Shown: positions 8,841-18,955 of the stretch, piece by piece | How positions within the stretch are numbered: position 1 is the stretch's first letter | How the letters are laid out: the number at the start of each line of letters is the position of its first letter | From: an uncultured Gammaproteobacteria bacterium | GTDB lineage: Bacteria > Pseudomonadota > Gammaproteobacteria > JBBQDK01 | Length of the DNA stretch: 64,000 nt | Assembly (NCBI GenBank): GCA_963778665.1 | Contig: CAVZVG010000003.1 | Location: 128,813 to 192,812, forward strand | Reading direction: 5' to 3' | Translations under genes and position numbers: made by a program | The notes under the pieces: model-generated | Database searches by the model: none | What the model saw: only the letters and a program-made list of their open reading frames with translations | Told to the model about the DNA's origin: nothing

Positions 8841-10277
8841 ATGCCGAACCAGCCACGCGACGCCGGCATCCCTCCCGTCAGGCTTGCCGTGGTCGGTCAC
8901 ACCAATGCCGGCAAAACCTCCTTGATTCGTACCCTGCTGCGTGACGATCGGTTCGGCAAGATCGATGACGCCGCCGGCACGACGCGGCATGTGGAAAGCT
9001 CGGCGATTTTTGCCGGCGACGATGCGGTGTTGAATCTGTTCGACACACCCGGCTTCGAGGATTCCAGTGCCTTGTTGCAGAGGCTGGAAGCACTGGGGAA
9101 AACCGTTCCGGTCAAAGCGCCGGCGGATTTGTTGCGCGAGTTCATCGCGCGGGCGGCCGATTACCCCGACTTCGCGCAGGAAACCAAGGTGCTGCGGCAG
9201 GCGCTCAACAGCGATGTGCTGCTGTATATCATCGATGTGCGCGAACCCCTGTTGGGCAAGTATCGCGATGAAGTCGAAATCCTCGGCAAGGCCGGCAAGC
9301 CGATCGTTCCGGTGTTCAATTTCATCGCCGGCAACAGCGATGCCCTGGCGCGCTGGCGCGAACAGATGGCGCATTTCAATCTGCATGCGGCCTTGGAATT
9401 CGATACCGTCGCATTCGATTTCGAGGCCGAGAAGCGCCTCTACCAGAAGCTGCAAAGCCTGTACGAGAAACGTTACGATGCGCTGCAGGCGCTCATCGAC
9501 TATCGCCAGGAGGTGTGGGAAAACCTGCGGCATGCCGCCGCGCAGCGCATCTTTCAGTTGCTCGCCGAGGTCAGTTGTTATCGACGCGAAGTGAGCGGCA
9601 AGGGCGCCATCGCGCGCGTCGACATCGAATCAATGCAGGACTTCGTGCGCAGCGCGGAACAGCGCGCCTTGCGGGATCTGCTGGCGATATTCGCGTTTAC
9701 GCAGTTGGATGTCGACCTGCAGCAACTGCCCGTGAGCGACGGACAATGGGAGCTGGATATCTTCTCGCCCCGTGCCTTGAAGGTCTTCGGGCTGAACGCC
9801 GGCGCGACCGCGTTGAAGGGCGCCGCCGCCGGAGCGGGCGTCGACCTGATGGTCGGCGGTTTGAGTCTCGGTGCGGCAACACTGTTAGGTGCGGCGCTGG
9901 GTGCGGGATGGGCGACCGTGCGACGCTATGAACAGGAGTTGAAGGCCGCCTGGCGCGGGCACAAATGGTTGTGTGTGGATGACAACACGATCAGCCTGCT
10001 CTACCTCAGACAACGCCAGCTGTTGCAGACGCTGACGCAGCGCGGGCATGCCGCCCGCAACAAACTGCAACTCGCCGACGCCGCGGATCGCGCGCTGCCC
10101 AAGCGCTGGTCCAGGGTCGTCACCGTGCTGCGCCAGAATCCCGAATGGCAACAGGCCGCAGCGGGCGATCCGGAATATCAGCAAATGCAGACGCAGGTCG
10201 TGGAGTGGTTGTTGAGTGATGGAGATACCGCTTCGGGAAGTTCCGATGACACAGTGGTCGGTAATCAAGACTACTAA
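8841..10277 (+). CDS. membrane-associated GTPase (DUF3482-like; MMR_HSR1-type G domain)
   Basis: G1 GHTNAGKTS; G3 DTPGFED. C-terminal Gly/Ala-rich hydrophobic segment GLSLGAATLLGAALGAGWA. Confidence 0.55.
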   Translation: MPNQPRDAGIPPVRLAVVGHTNAGKTSLIRTLLRDDRFGKIDDAAGTTRHVESSAIFAGDDAVLNLFDTPGFEDSSALLQRLEALGKTVPVKAPADLLREFIARAADYPDFAQETKVLRQALNSDVLLYIIDVREPLLGKYRDEVEILGKAGKPIVPVFNFIAGNSDALARWREQMAHFNLHAALEFDTVAFDFEAEKRLYQKLQSLYEKRYDALQALIDYRQEVWENLRHAAAQRIFQLLAEVSCYRREVSGKGAIARVDIESMQDFVRSAEQRALRDLLAIFAFTQLDVDLQQLPVSDGQWELDIFSPRALKVFGLNAGATALKGAAAGAGVDLMVGGLSLGAATLLGAALGAGWATVRRYEQELKAAWRGHKWLCVDDNTISLLYLRQRQLLQTLTQRGHAARNKLQLADAADRALPKRWSRVVTVLRQNPEWQQAAAGDPEYQQMQTQVVEWLLSDGDTASGSSDDTVVGNQDY

Positions 10278-10320
10278 CGCCCTGCGCGATGAACGACAAC
10301 TCCACTTCGTCAGAGAACCT

Positions 10321-10480
10321 CTGATCAATCGCGAAACCGTCATGCCCGCGAAAGCGCGCCAAGATATCTCCTCTTGAATTTCAAAACAGATTTTCTTGGC
10401 GTCCTTGGCGTACTTGGCGGTTCAAGTAATAAATCAGGGTTTCCTTAAAGTTGCAGGGGCGGGTCTAAGACCCGCACCAG
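10321..10480. repeat. composite repeat: family G hairpin, family C ~105-bp element and family F palindrome (GGGGCGGGTCTAAGACCCGC)
   Basis: 10355-10450 is the inverted counterpart (~90% identical) of 20440-20545. Confidence 0.55.
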
Positions 10481-10491
10481 CGTTCGCCCGC

Positions 10492-11878
10492 TCAACCGAG
10501 CTTGTTGTCGGCGATGTGGTAATGCGGGTCTTCCTGCACATTCAGTTCGACCATGTCCTTGGCCTTGTCCAGCACTTCCAGGCAATCCGGGCTGAGGTGG
10601 CGCAAGTGCAGGCGCTTGCCGAGCAGCTGGTAGCGGGTTGCCAGCATGTCGATCGCTTCGACCGCCGAATGATCCATCACCTTGGCGCGGCGGAATTCGA
10701 CCACCACTTCATCCGGGTCGTCGAACGGGCGTGAACAAAGACTGGAAGCCGGCGGTCGAGGCGAAGAACAGCGAGCCTTCCAGTTCGTAGACCTTCCAGC
10801 CCTTGCCGTCGGTATAGGTCGTCACGTCGATCTGCTTGGCGTGCTGCCAGGCGAACACCAGCGCGGCAATCACCACGCCGAGCACCACCGCGATGGCAAG
10901 ATCGGTGAAGACGGTCACTATCGGTCACCGCCACCACGATGATGGCATCGGAACGGGGCATCTTGCCCAGGACCTGCAGGCTGCCCCATTCGAAGGTCTT
11001 TTCCGACACCACGAACATCACGCCGATCAGTGCGGCCAGCGGAATCCGCTCGATCAGGCTGGAACCGAACAGGATGAAGGACAGCAGGAACAGCGCCATG
11101 GCGATGCCGGACAGGCGATGGGTGGCGCCGTTGTTCACGTTGATCATGCTCTGGCCGATCATGGCGCAACCGCCCATGCCGCCGAACAAGCCGGTGACCA
11201 CGTTGGCGGCGCCTTGCGCCAGGCACTCCCGATTCGGCTTGCCGCGGGTGTCGGTCATTTCGTCGATCAGATTCAGTGTCAGCAGCGATTCGGTCAGGCC
11301 GATGGTCGCCAGGATCAGCGCGTAGGGAAACACGATCTGCAGCGTTGCCCAGTTCAGCGGCACATCCGGCATGTGGAACATCGGCAGTCCGCCCTCAATC
11401 GAAGCCGAGGTCGCCGACCGTCTTGGTGTCGATGCCGAGCCAGGCTCACCAGCAGCCGACACCGCCAGAATGCCGCCAGCGTGGCCGAGGCATCGCCTTG
11501 GTGAGCCTGGGCAGCAGATAGATGATCGCCATCGTCACCGCGATCAGGCCCAGCATGGTGCACAGCGGCATGCCCTGCATCCAGTGCTGGTGCCATCGGC
11601 AGCCGGTGTCTTGAAGTGCGCCAATTGCGCCAGGAAGATCACGATCGCCAGGCCGTTGACGAAGCCCAGCATCACCGGATACGGCACCATGCGGATGAAC
11701 TTGCCCAGCTTGGCAGCGCGCCGAACAGCATTTGCAGCAGGCCCATCAGCACCACGGTGGCGAACAGATACTCCACGCCGTGCTGCACCACCAGCGACAC
11801 CATGACCACCGCAAGCGAGCCGGTGGCGCCGGAAATCATGCCGGGCCGACCGCCGAAGGTCGCGGTGATCAAGGCCAT
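10492..11878 (-). pseudogene. SulP/DauA-family anion transporter with STAS domain, disrupted by at least 5 frameshifts
   Basis: Fragments in three frames: STAS C-terminus (VVEFRRAKVMDHSAVEAIDML), STAS N-part (ELEGSLFFASTAGFQSLF), and TM core (ESLLTLNLIDEMTDTRGKPNRECLAQGAANVVTGLFGGMGGCAMIGQS..., [44 protein letters not shown]), collinear with E. coli DauA. The N-terminal ~80 codons (up to ~12110) are not recoverable. Confidence 0.6.
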
Positions 11879-12274
11879 GATGAACGCGGCATACAGGCCG
11901 GTCAGTGGCTAGACATGGGCCACCAGTGCAAAGGCGATGGCTTCGGGCACCATCGCCAGGGCGACGGTGAGACCGCTCAATACGTTGTTCTGATCTCTTG
12001 CGGGGTGAGTGCGGACAAGTGACTTCTCCAGATTCTGAATACGCAGTGCTGCAAGAGTCCGGCCGCAAGGCGGGGAATGGCAGAGTACGAAAAGTGGACA
12101 GGGTATGACGCGGGCGTTCAGGCAGTGTGTATCGGGGAACGAATAACTCTAAACAGGTGCTGCGTAAGGGGGCGTCACATCGGCCTGTCGGGCCGCCCGA
12201 AATCGATGACATCAGCCCTGAAGTATATCATGTCGGCCTGCCCGGCGGTCTGAAATCGACCTGCGTTTCCCCGC

Positions 12275-13642
12275 TCAGTCCAGCGCCGTCAACTTCGCGC
12301 GCATGTCTTTGTTGATCTGCAGCAGGCGTTTTTTGTTGTCCGCCGGCACTGTCGTCAGCGCCTTGACCCGCGCCGCATAATCCGCCGTCACGCCGAGTGT
12401 CTCCTCGATCATGTCGCGCAGCGCCGCGCGCGAGAAACCGAAGCCCTTGGCGAGTTGCAGCAGCGCCGCCGCAAAGCCAACCGTATCCCCGGCCTTGTCC
12501 GCTTCGCCATAGCCGCCGAACGGCATCACCGCCAGCATATCGTGCCGACTGTAGGCGCGCATCGGCGTCGGGTCGTAGACCGGCGACCAGCCGAGTTGGC
12601 CATCGCGTTGCAGGAACGACAGATTCTCCAGATGCAGGTCACCGTTGCCGGTAATGAAGGCCAGCAACAGGCGTTGCAACAACTGCCGCTTCGCCGTCGG
12701 CGGATCCGACACCAATGGAATCGGCGAGCGATCGATGGCACGGCCGAGCGCGTCATAGGAGCTGCTGTAGTGATGCGTGACGCGCGCATCGCCGGTCGCC
12801 ATCACGGCGTAGGCGGTTTCCATGAACAGCGGGCGGCCGTTGGCATCGCGGTCGAAGCGTTCGATGGCGATGGCCGGAATGCCGTTGATCTCGGTGATCC
12901 AGTGGCGCGGCACGGCGAAACCGGCCTGTGCATGTATATCCAGCGTCAGCGCCTCCAGTTCGACGATGCCGCGATACTGTTCCTTCTCGAATTTCAGCAC
13001 CACATCGCAGCGACCTTCGCTCGCGCTGCGGCTCGGCAGACCGATGCGACCGTCCCAGCCCGACGCCGGTATCGACAGCAGCAACTTCGGAATCGCGCCA
13101 CCGACACTCGGCGTCGGTCCGAGCGCCGCCAGCAGCGCCTCGGCGTCCTGATCCATCCAGGCCAGAAATTCCTTCAGCGAGAAGCCGACTTTCTCGCTGA
13201 TCGGCATCAGTGGTGCCGGCGCCTTGTCGGCATACCAGGCCTGCGCCTTGGCATCGCTCTCGAACACATCGAGATGGCCGATGCCGCCATGCCCGGCGGT
13301 CAGCAGCATCGCCCAATCGCTGTCGAAGCCGGGCTTGGGGGTGCGACCTTGTTGTTCGAGATACGACAACACCAATCGACGCTGGAAATTCGCCTCGCCC
13401 GCCGGCGGCACATGGAATTGCAATTGCGGCAGCAGATTGAAATACGTCGAGCGTTCCCAGGTGATGGTCGTGGTGCCGACGAACGACGGCGCGTACAGAA
13501 TGCCCAGTCCGGGCAGATCCGCGCCGAGAAAGTCCGCGTCATAGCTGAAGCGGCATTGCGTGTCGGTGACCGTGAGCACGCCCATCTTCTGCGCGGCCGA
13601 GCCGATGCGCGTCCACACCACCGCGTGCTTGTCCGTCGCCAT
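12275..13642 (-). CDS. hipA: HipA-family Ser/Thr kinase toxin
   Basis: 455 aa. Catalytic-loop motif GNGDLHLENLSF (compare HipA GNTDDHLKNFS). Has both HipA N- and C-terminal domains. Confidence 0.75.
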   Translation of the reverse strand: MATDKHAVVWTRIGSAAQKMGVLTVTDTQCRFSYDADFLGADLPGLGILYAPSFVGTTTITWERSTYFNLLPQLQFHVPPAGEANFQRRLVLSYLEQQGRTPKPGFDSDWAMLLTAGHGGIGHLDVFESDAKAQAWYADKAPAPLMPISEKVGFSLKEFLAWMDQDAEALLAALGPTPSVGGAIPKLLLSIPASGWDGRIGLPSRSASEGRCDVVLKFEKEQYRGIVELEALTLDIHAQAGFAVPRHWITEINGIPAIAIERFDRDANGRPLFMETAYAVMATGDARVTHHYSSSYDALGRAIDRSPIPLVSDPPTAKRQLLQRLLLAFITGNGDLHLENLSFLQRDGQLGWSPVYDPTPMRAYSRHDMLAVMPFGGYGEADKAGDTVGFAAALLQLAKGFGFSRAALRDMIEETLGVTADYAARVKALTTVPADNKKRLLQINKDMRAKLTALD

Positions 13643-13655
13643 GACTTACGCGACC

Positions 13656-13907
13656 TCACTCATCCGTGAACAGGCTGCGCGACAGCAGCTTGTCGAGCGT
13701 CGGTTCATGCGGCGCCAGGCACACCCGCAAACCCACCGCCGCCGCCAGCCGCACCAGGGTCGACACCCGCAGGTCATCCGCCGCCTTGGCCTTGGACAAG
13801 GTACTGGCGCCCAGCCCCGCCTTGGTCACGATCGCCTTCTGATCCAGTCCCTGTGTCTTGCCGGCCGCGACTATCTCCGTCAGCAGCGACTCCACTGTGT
13901 CCGCCAT
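13656..13907 (-). CDS. hipB: XRE-family HTH protein (HipB-like antitoxin)
   Basis: 83 aa. HTH segment IVTKAGLGASTLSKAKAADDLRVSTLVRLAAAVG. Lies 13 bp upstream of hipA on the same strand. Confidence 0.6.
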   Translation of the reverse strand: MADTVESLLTEIVAAGKTQGLDQKAIVTKAGLGASTLSKAKAADDLRVSTLVRLAAAVGLRVCLAPHEPTLDKLLSRSLFTDE

Positions 13908-13974
13908 CAGGTTGTCCTATAGGGTAAATATTGTGGAATATATGTCATTAATTACCTAATAAAGCAACTATAAA

Positions 13975-14033
13975 ATTACCATTTAAGGTAATAAATGTAA
14001 TTATATTAGTATAAATTACCTTAAATGGTAAAT
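13975..14033. promoter_or_regulatory. two palindromic operator-like sites ATTACC-N6-GGTAAT upstream of hipB, in an AT-rich tract
   Basis: ATTACCATTTAAGGTAAT at 13975-13992 and ATTACCTTAAATGGTAAA at 14015-14032; centres 40 bp apart. The AT-rich 13920-14040 region contrasts with the ~65% GC surroundings. Confidence 0.4.
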
Positions 14034-14365
14034 ATAGCTTGTTCTGCGGAATACGCCCGTCCCGGCACACGCACTGTCCACCCCCGCGGCCTGCCTGCTG
14101 CGACAGGCTTGCCGCCACGGGCAATGCCGGACCGGTGCCGCGCACGATGCCCGGGCATCACGTCCGATGCAGTGCCATCCGGTCGTAGCGACAGGCTGAT
14201 CACGACCGGCGGGTGTGGCGCTCCGGCCGAGGTCTGGCACGAGGCTGTGATATCCTCAACTGAAAATCAGCCCTGTCGTATGGATCGACTTGTGCGGTGG
14301 CCGGACTTCCATACCGGGCTCGCGCTGCACGGCATCGATAGACTGCGACTCACCACGAGAACTTC

Positions 14366-14716
14366 ATGAGCAGTGACATCGAGCAACTGAAACTGCGTCT
14401 GCGCGAATTCGCCGCCGAGCGCGACTGGGACCAGTTCCATTCCCCCAAGAATCTGTCCATGGCACTGATCGCCGAGGCCGCCGAACTGGTCGAACATTTC
14501 CAGTGGCTGACCGAAGCGCAGAGCACCAGTCTCAAGCCGGACAAGCTCGCCGAAGTCGAGGCCGAACTCGCCGACATCTTCATCTACCTGATCCGCACCG
14601 CCGACAAGCTCGGCATCGATCTCGTCGCGGCGGCGCAGAAGAAGATCGAACACAACGCACGGAAATATCCGGCCGAGCAGGTGCGGGGCAGTGCCAAGAA
14701 GTACACGGAGTACTGA
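14366..14716 (+). CDS. MazG-like nucleotide pyrophosphohydrolase (small all-alpha NTP-PPase)
   Basis: 116 aa. EAAELVEHFQW and ELADIFIYLIRTADKLGIDL motifs typical of the MazG/YpjD family. Confidence 0.7.
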   Translation: MSSDIEQLKLRLREFAAERDWDQFHSPKNLSMALIAEAAELVEHFQWLTEAQSTSLKPDKLAEVEAELADIFIYLIRTADKLGIDLVAAAQKKIEHNARKYPAEQVRGSAKKYTEY

Positions 14717-14898
14717 CGCGGAAGACAGTGCTGCTTGGGATTCCAGCACCCCATCTGGATGGGCGGCATTGCTGGACGTTCCGTCACGGATATCGGATGT
14801 TACTCGCCAGCTGCAGCAAGTCCGAGTCCGCAGGCGCAACACATTTGAACCTGATGCTGATTTGTATGACTAAGGTTATAGCCGGCGCTATGATCACA

Positions 14899-15118
14899 GG
14901 AGCCTCTGATTTATTGAACTCATCAACATGGAGAGTCCGGCTTCGCTCCCCTCGCTGCGCTCTCCCCGCTTGCGGGAGCAGGGGACAGGGCGAGGGAATG
15001 TCTCTGAATAAGATTCCTTCCTCCGGTCAATTGCTTTTCATCAAGTGCTCTTATGGAAACTCTGATTGATTGGCATGCCCGCAAGTACGGGCATGACGGT
15101 TTTCCGATTGATCAGGGC
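14899..15118. repeat. repeat cluster: family H (AGGAGCCTCTGATTTATTGAACTCATCAA), family E palindrome, family G hairpin
   Basis: Family H recurs at 17348-17390. Hairpin GGCATGCCCGCAAGTACGGGCATGACGG at 15072-15099. Confidence 0.5.
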
Positions 15119-15145
15119 TTCCCTGGATAAATAAAGGGATCGACC

Positions 15146-17194
15146 ATGCCGCATTATCCTGTCGACGCTATCCGCAACATCGCACTGGTGGGGCAGAGCG
15201 GCAGCGGCAAGACCACCCTGGTCGAGGCCTTGCTGCATCGCGCCGGTGTCATCGGCACGCCCGGTGCGGTGGCCAGGGGCAACACGGTCTGCGACTTCAG
15301 TCCTTTGGAAAAGGAGTATTGCCATTCGCTGTCGTCCAGCGTGGTGAGCTTCGATCACGATCGCCTGCACATCAATCTTATCGACACGCCCGGTCTGCCG
15401 GACTTCGTCGGTCAGTCCATCGCCGCCTTGAGCGCGGTGGAGACGGTGGCGGTGGTGGTGGATGCCGTGGCGGGCATCGAGCCGGTCACGCGGCGTATGC
15501 TGGAGTGGGCCGCGGCGCGCAAATTGTGCCGCCTGGTCATCATCAATCGCATCGATACGCCGGGCGCTAAACTCGAGGAACTGGTGGCGTCGCTGCGCGA
15601 TGAGTTCGGTCCCGAGTGCCTGCCGCTGAATCTGCCGTCCGACAACAATGCGGCGGTAGTCGACTGCTTCTTCACGCCCGACGGCACGGCGGATTTCTCT
15701 TCGGTCAGCGTGGCGCACGATAACATCGTCGATCAGGTGGTCGAGGTCGACGAAGCGCTCATGGCGGTCTATCTGGAGCAGGGTCAGGCGCTGGCGCCCG
15801 AGCAATTGCATCAGCCCTTCGAGCAGGCCTTGCGCGAAGGCCATCTGGTGCCGATCTGTTTCGTCTCGGCGCAAACCGGTGTCGGCGTGCCGGAGCTGCT
15901 GGAGATATTCGAACGCCTGATGCCGAATCCGCTGGAGGCCAATCCGCCGGCCTTTCTCATCGGCGAAGGCGCGGCGGCCCGGCCGTTCGCGGTCGTGCCG
16001 GACCCCGGCAAGCACGTGGTCGCGCATGTGTTCAAGGTGATGGCCGATCCGTTCGTCGGCAAGCTCGGCGTGTTCCGCATTCATCAGGGCACGGTGACCC
16101 GAGCCAGTCAGTTGTTCGTCGGCGACGGCCGCAAGCCGTTCAAGATCGCCCATCTGTTCAAGCTGCAGGGCAACAAGCAGGCCGAAGTCGAGACCGGGAT
16201 CGCCGGCGACATCTGCGCGGTGGCCAAGATCGAGGAACTGCACTTCGATGCCGTGCTGCACGATTCGCACGAGACGGATTACCTGCATAGCAAACCGCTG
16301 CCGTTTCCGGTGCCGGTATTCGGTCTGGCGGTGGCGGCGAGCAGCCGTACCGATGAGCAGCGACTGTCATCCGCATTGGCGCGACTGGTCGAGGAGGATC
16401 CCTGTCTGCACCTGGAGCAGGACAGCGAGCAGAATGAAATGGTGCTGCGCGGCCTCGGTGAGTTGCACTTGCGCGTGACCCTGGAGCAGATGAAAGAGCG
16501 CTTCAGGATCGAGGCCGAGTCACGTCCGCCGCGCATCGCTTTCCGCGAGACCATTTCGACAGCGGCGGAAGGCCACCATCGTCACAAAAAGCAGACCGGC
16601 GGTGCCGGTCAGTTCGGCGAAGTGTTTCTGCGCGTGGCGCCGCTGGAGCGCGGCGCGGGCTTTCGCTTCGTCGATGCGGTGAAGGGCGGCGTGATTCCCG
16701 GGCAGTTCATTCCGGCGGTGGAGAAGGGCGTGCGCCAGGCCTTGCACGGCGGCGTGGTCGCCGGGTTTCCGCTGCAGGATATCGAGGTCACGGTGTACGA
16801 CGGCAAGCATCACACGGTGGATTCGAAAGAGGTGGCCTTCAGTGCCGCGGGCAGGAAGGCCTTTCTCGACGCGGTACGCAAGGCCAATCCCATACTGCTC
16901 GAGCCCATCATCCGACTGGTGCTGACGGTACCGAACGACCACATGGGCGCATTGACCGGCGATCTCACCGCGCGCCGCGGCCACGTACTCGGCACGCGCG
17001 CCTCAGCCAACGGACGGCTGATCCTCGACGCGTTGGCGCCCTTGGCGGAGCTCAGCGATTACGCGGGCAAGTTCAAATCCATCACCGCCGGCCAGGGCAG
17101 TTTCACGCTCGAATTCAGTCACTACGAAGCGGCACCGACAAAACTGCAGGCCGAGCTGGCGGCGCAATGGCGGCCGAAGGCGGAGGAAGACTGA
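15146..17194 (+). CDS. elongation factor G family GTPase (EF-G paralogue)
   Basis: 682 aa. G1 GQSGSGKTT; G3 DTPGLPDF. EF-G domains II-V recognisable. AAGGGA Shine-Dalgarno. Confidence 0.75.
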   Translation: MPHYPVDAIRNIALVGQSGSGKTTLVEALLHRAGVIGTPGAVARGNTVCDFSPLEKEYCHSLSSSVVSFDHDRLHINLIDTPGLPDFVGQSIAALSAVETVAVVVDAVAGIEPVTRRMLEWAAARKLCRLVIINRIDTPGAKLEELVASLRDEFGPECLPLNLPSDNNAAVVDCFFTPDGTADFSSVSVAHDNIVDQVVEVDEALMAVYLEQGQALAPEQLHQPFEQALREGHLVPICFVSAQTGVGVPELLEIFERLMPNPLEANPPAFLIGEGAAARPFAVVPDPGKHVVAHVFKVMADPFVGKLGVFRIHQGTVTRASQLFVGDGRKPFKIAHLFKLQGNKQAEVETGIAGDICAVAKIEELHFDAVLHDSHETDYLHSKPLPFPVPVFGLAVAASSRTDEQRLSSALARLVEEDPCLHLEQDSEQNEMVLRGLGELHLRVTLEQMKERFRIEAESRPPRIAFRETISTAAEGHHRHKKQTGGAGQFGEVFLRVAPLERGAGFRFVDAVKGGVIPGQFIPAVEKGVRQALHGGVVAGFPLQDIEVTVYDGKHHTVDSKEVAFSAAGRKAFLDAVRKANPILLEPIIRLVLTVPNDHMGALTGDLTARRGHVLGTRASANGRLILDALAPLAELSDYAGKFKSITAGQGSFTLEFSHYEAAPTKLQAELAAQWRPKAEED

Positions 17195-17216
17195 GTGCGA
17201 TACAAGAACATTTAAG

Positions 17217-17516
17217 GAGGATGGCACTTACTTAAGCGCTGAATTAGGAATGTAGCCTGGGCTGAGCGGTAGCGAAACCCGGGTTTCACTTCGTTCAACC
17301 CAGGCTACGTGTTGGCTTAAACGGTTAAGTAAGTGCCATTCCATTTAAGGAGCCTCTGATTTATTGAACTCATCAAAATGGAGAGGGGAGTAATCGAATA
17401 AATCAAGAGTTTCCTTAACAGAAAAATGCCTGCCGCAGAGGCGCTGAGGACGCAGAGAACAACCAGACACATGAATAACAACCTCATTACCTCTGCGTCC
17501 TCTGCGCCTCTGCGGC
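17217..17516. repeat. family D (GTAGCCTGGG...CCCAGGCTAC hairpin inside ATGGCACTTACTTAA inverted repeats), family H and family B (CCGCAGAGGCGCTGAGGACGCAGAGA inverted repeats) elements
   Basis: Family D also at 44733-44768 and 58938-59031. Family B also at 50409-50491. These overlap the annotated N-terminal extension of the LOG ORF. Confidence 0.55.
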
Positions 17517-17557
17517 ACAAGTCCATTCAGAATTTTCCTTTCGATGAGCAAACAATC

Positions 17558-18520
17558 ATGACTGAGCCTGCCGATCCGCATACACCATCAAAAGCCATAC
17601 CGGCGCCGGCGCATCCGCACCAGCGCCGCGAGCCCTTGCCCTGGCAACAACCGAAGACCATCGAGGAGGATCCGCTGTCGCATCAGCGGGTCAGGGTCAT
17701 ACTCGATAGCCCGAGTTATCGGGAGGCGGACCAGGATGTGGAGTTTCTCAATTGTGATTCGGTGCGCGGCGTGCGTCTGCTGCTCGATTATCTCAAACCG
17801 GAAACACTGCTGGCGCAGCACGGCGTGCTGCACACCATCGTGACCTTCGGCAGCACGCGTATCGTCGAACCGGCGGCGGCGCAGCGCAAGCTCACTGCGT
17901 TGCGCGATGCCGTGGCCCGCTCACCGGGCGATACGCAGTTGCATGCGCGGCTGACCGTGGCGGAACGCCTGCTGGAAAAAAGCCGCTATTATGATGTCGC
18001 CCGTGAGTTCGGTCGGCTGGTCGGTGCGTGCGGCGAGGGACCGAAAGATTCGCGTGTGGTGCTCATGACCGGCGGCGGGCCGGGTCTGATGGAGGCGGCC
18101 AATCGCGGCGCATTCGACGCCGACGCCGTGAACATCGGCCTGAATGTGACCTTGCCGCATGAGCAATACCCCAATCCTTATATCAGCCCCGATTTGTGTT
18201 TCCGCTTTCATTATTTCGCCATGCGCAAATTGCACTTCCTGCTGCGGGCCAAGGCGCTGGTGGCGTTTCCCGGCGGTTATGGCACCTTCGACGAACTGTT
18301 CGAGACACTGACGCTGGTGCAGACACGGAAGATCCAGCCCTTGCCGGTGGTACTGGTGGGCGAAGCCTTCTGGTCCAAGGCCTTCGATCTGCAATTTCTC
18401 GTCGACGAGGGCGTGATCGATCCGGAGGATGCGGAATTGTTCTGGGTAGTCGAGACCGCCGAAGAGGCCTGGCAGGGTATTCTCAAATGGCATGAGGAGA
18501 ACGGCACGCCGTTATTCTGA
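17558..18520 (+). CDS. LOG family protein (TIGR00730; cytokinin riboside 5'-monophosphate phosphoribohydrolase-like)
   Basis: PGGYGTFDELFE motif; GGGPGLMEAANRGA. The ORF-track start 17426 runs through a repeat element, so ATG 17558 is preferred. Confidence 0.75.
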   Translation: MTEPADPHTPSKAIPAPAHPHQRREPLPWQQPKTIEEDPLSHQRVRVILDSPSYREADQDVEFLNCDSVRGVRLLLDYLKPETLLAQHGVLHTIVTFGSTRIVEPAAAQRKLTALRDAVARSPGDTQLHARLTVAERLLEKSRYYDVAREFGRLVGACGEGPKDSRVVLMTGGGPGLMEAANRGAFDADAVNIGLNVTLPHEQYPNPYISPDLCFRFHYFAMRKLHFLLRAKALVAFPGGYGTFDELFETLTLVQTRKIQPLPVVLVGEAFWSKAFDLQFLVDEGVIDPEDAELFWVVETAEEAWQGILKWHEENGTPLF

Positions 18521-18955
18521 TGCCGGGAAAGCCGCTAGTCCATGGCGGTGCACGCTGGCGTTGTGTGCATGACGAGCTAGTCTTTACTATCAGGTGGTAG
18601 CACAGCATGGGAGTGGAGATGCATGAACAGTTCACGCACCGTGATATTTCAGCAGGTACCGGAACCGGAGGTGCCGCCGCCGCCCGAGGAGCCGACCCCG
18701 GCTGAACCGCCCGGTATTACGCCGGAACGTCCCGTCGAGATTCCGGTCGCGCCACCCTCCGAAGTGCCATCCGCTCCCCCCGTCGAGATTCCCGCAGTTT
18801 TCCCGCCGGAGTTGCGGAACCGGTAACACGGTTGCGAAGTCACCGGCGGGATCGGACTGCGATCGAAAGGCGGTGCCTGGCAGAGTGGCGCAACACTGTG
18901 CAGGCACCGCCGCATACAGGCCCTGAAGTTCAGCGATTGCCGAAGGCGAGCCCGA

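Noticed and set aside
17426-17557. N-terminal 44-aa extension of the LOG protein
   Set aside because: The extension is encoded by a family B repeat element. An in-frame ATG at 17558 immediately precedes the conserved domain.
18623-18826. 67-aa proline-rich ORF (PEPEVPPPPEEPTPAEPP...) with GGAG 7 nt upstream, followed by a hairpin at 18869-18911
   Set aside because: Low complexity, no TM or signal, and a 30-codon ORF overlaps it in another frame; coding status cannot be decided from sequence alone.
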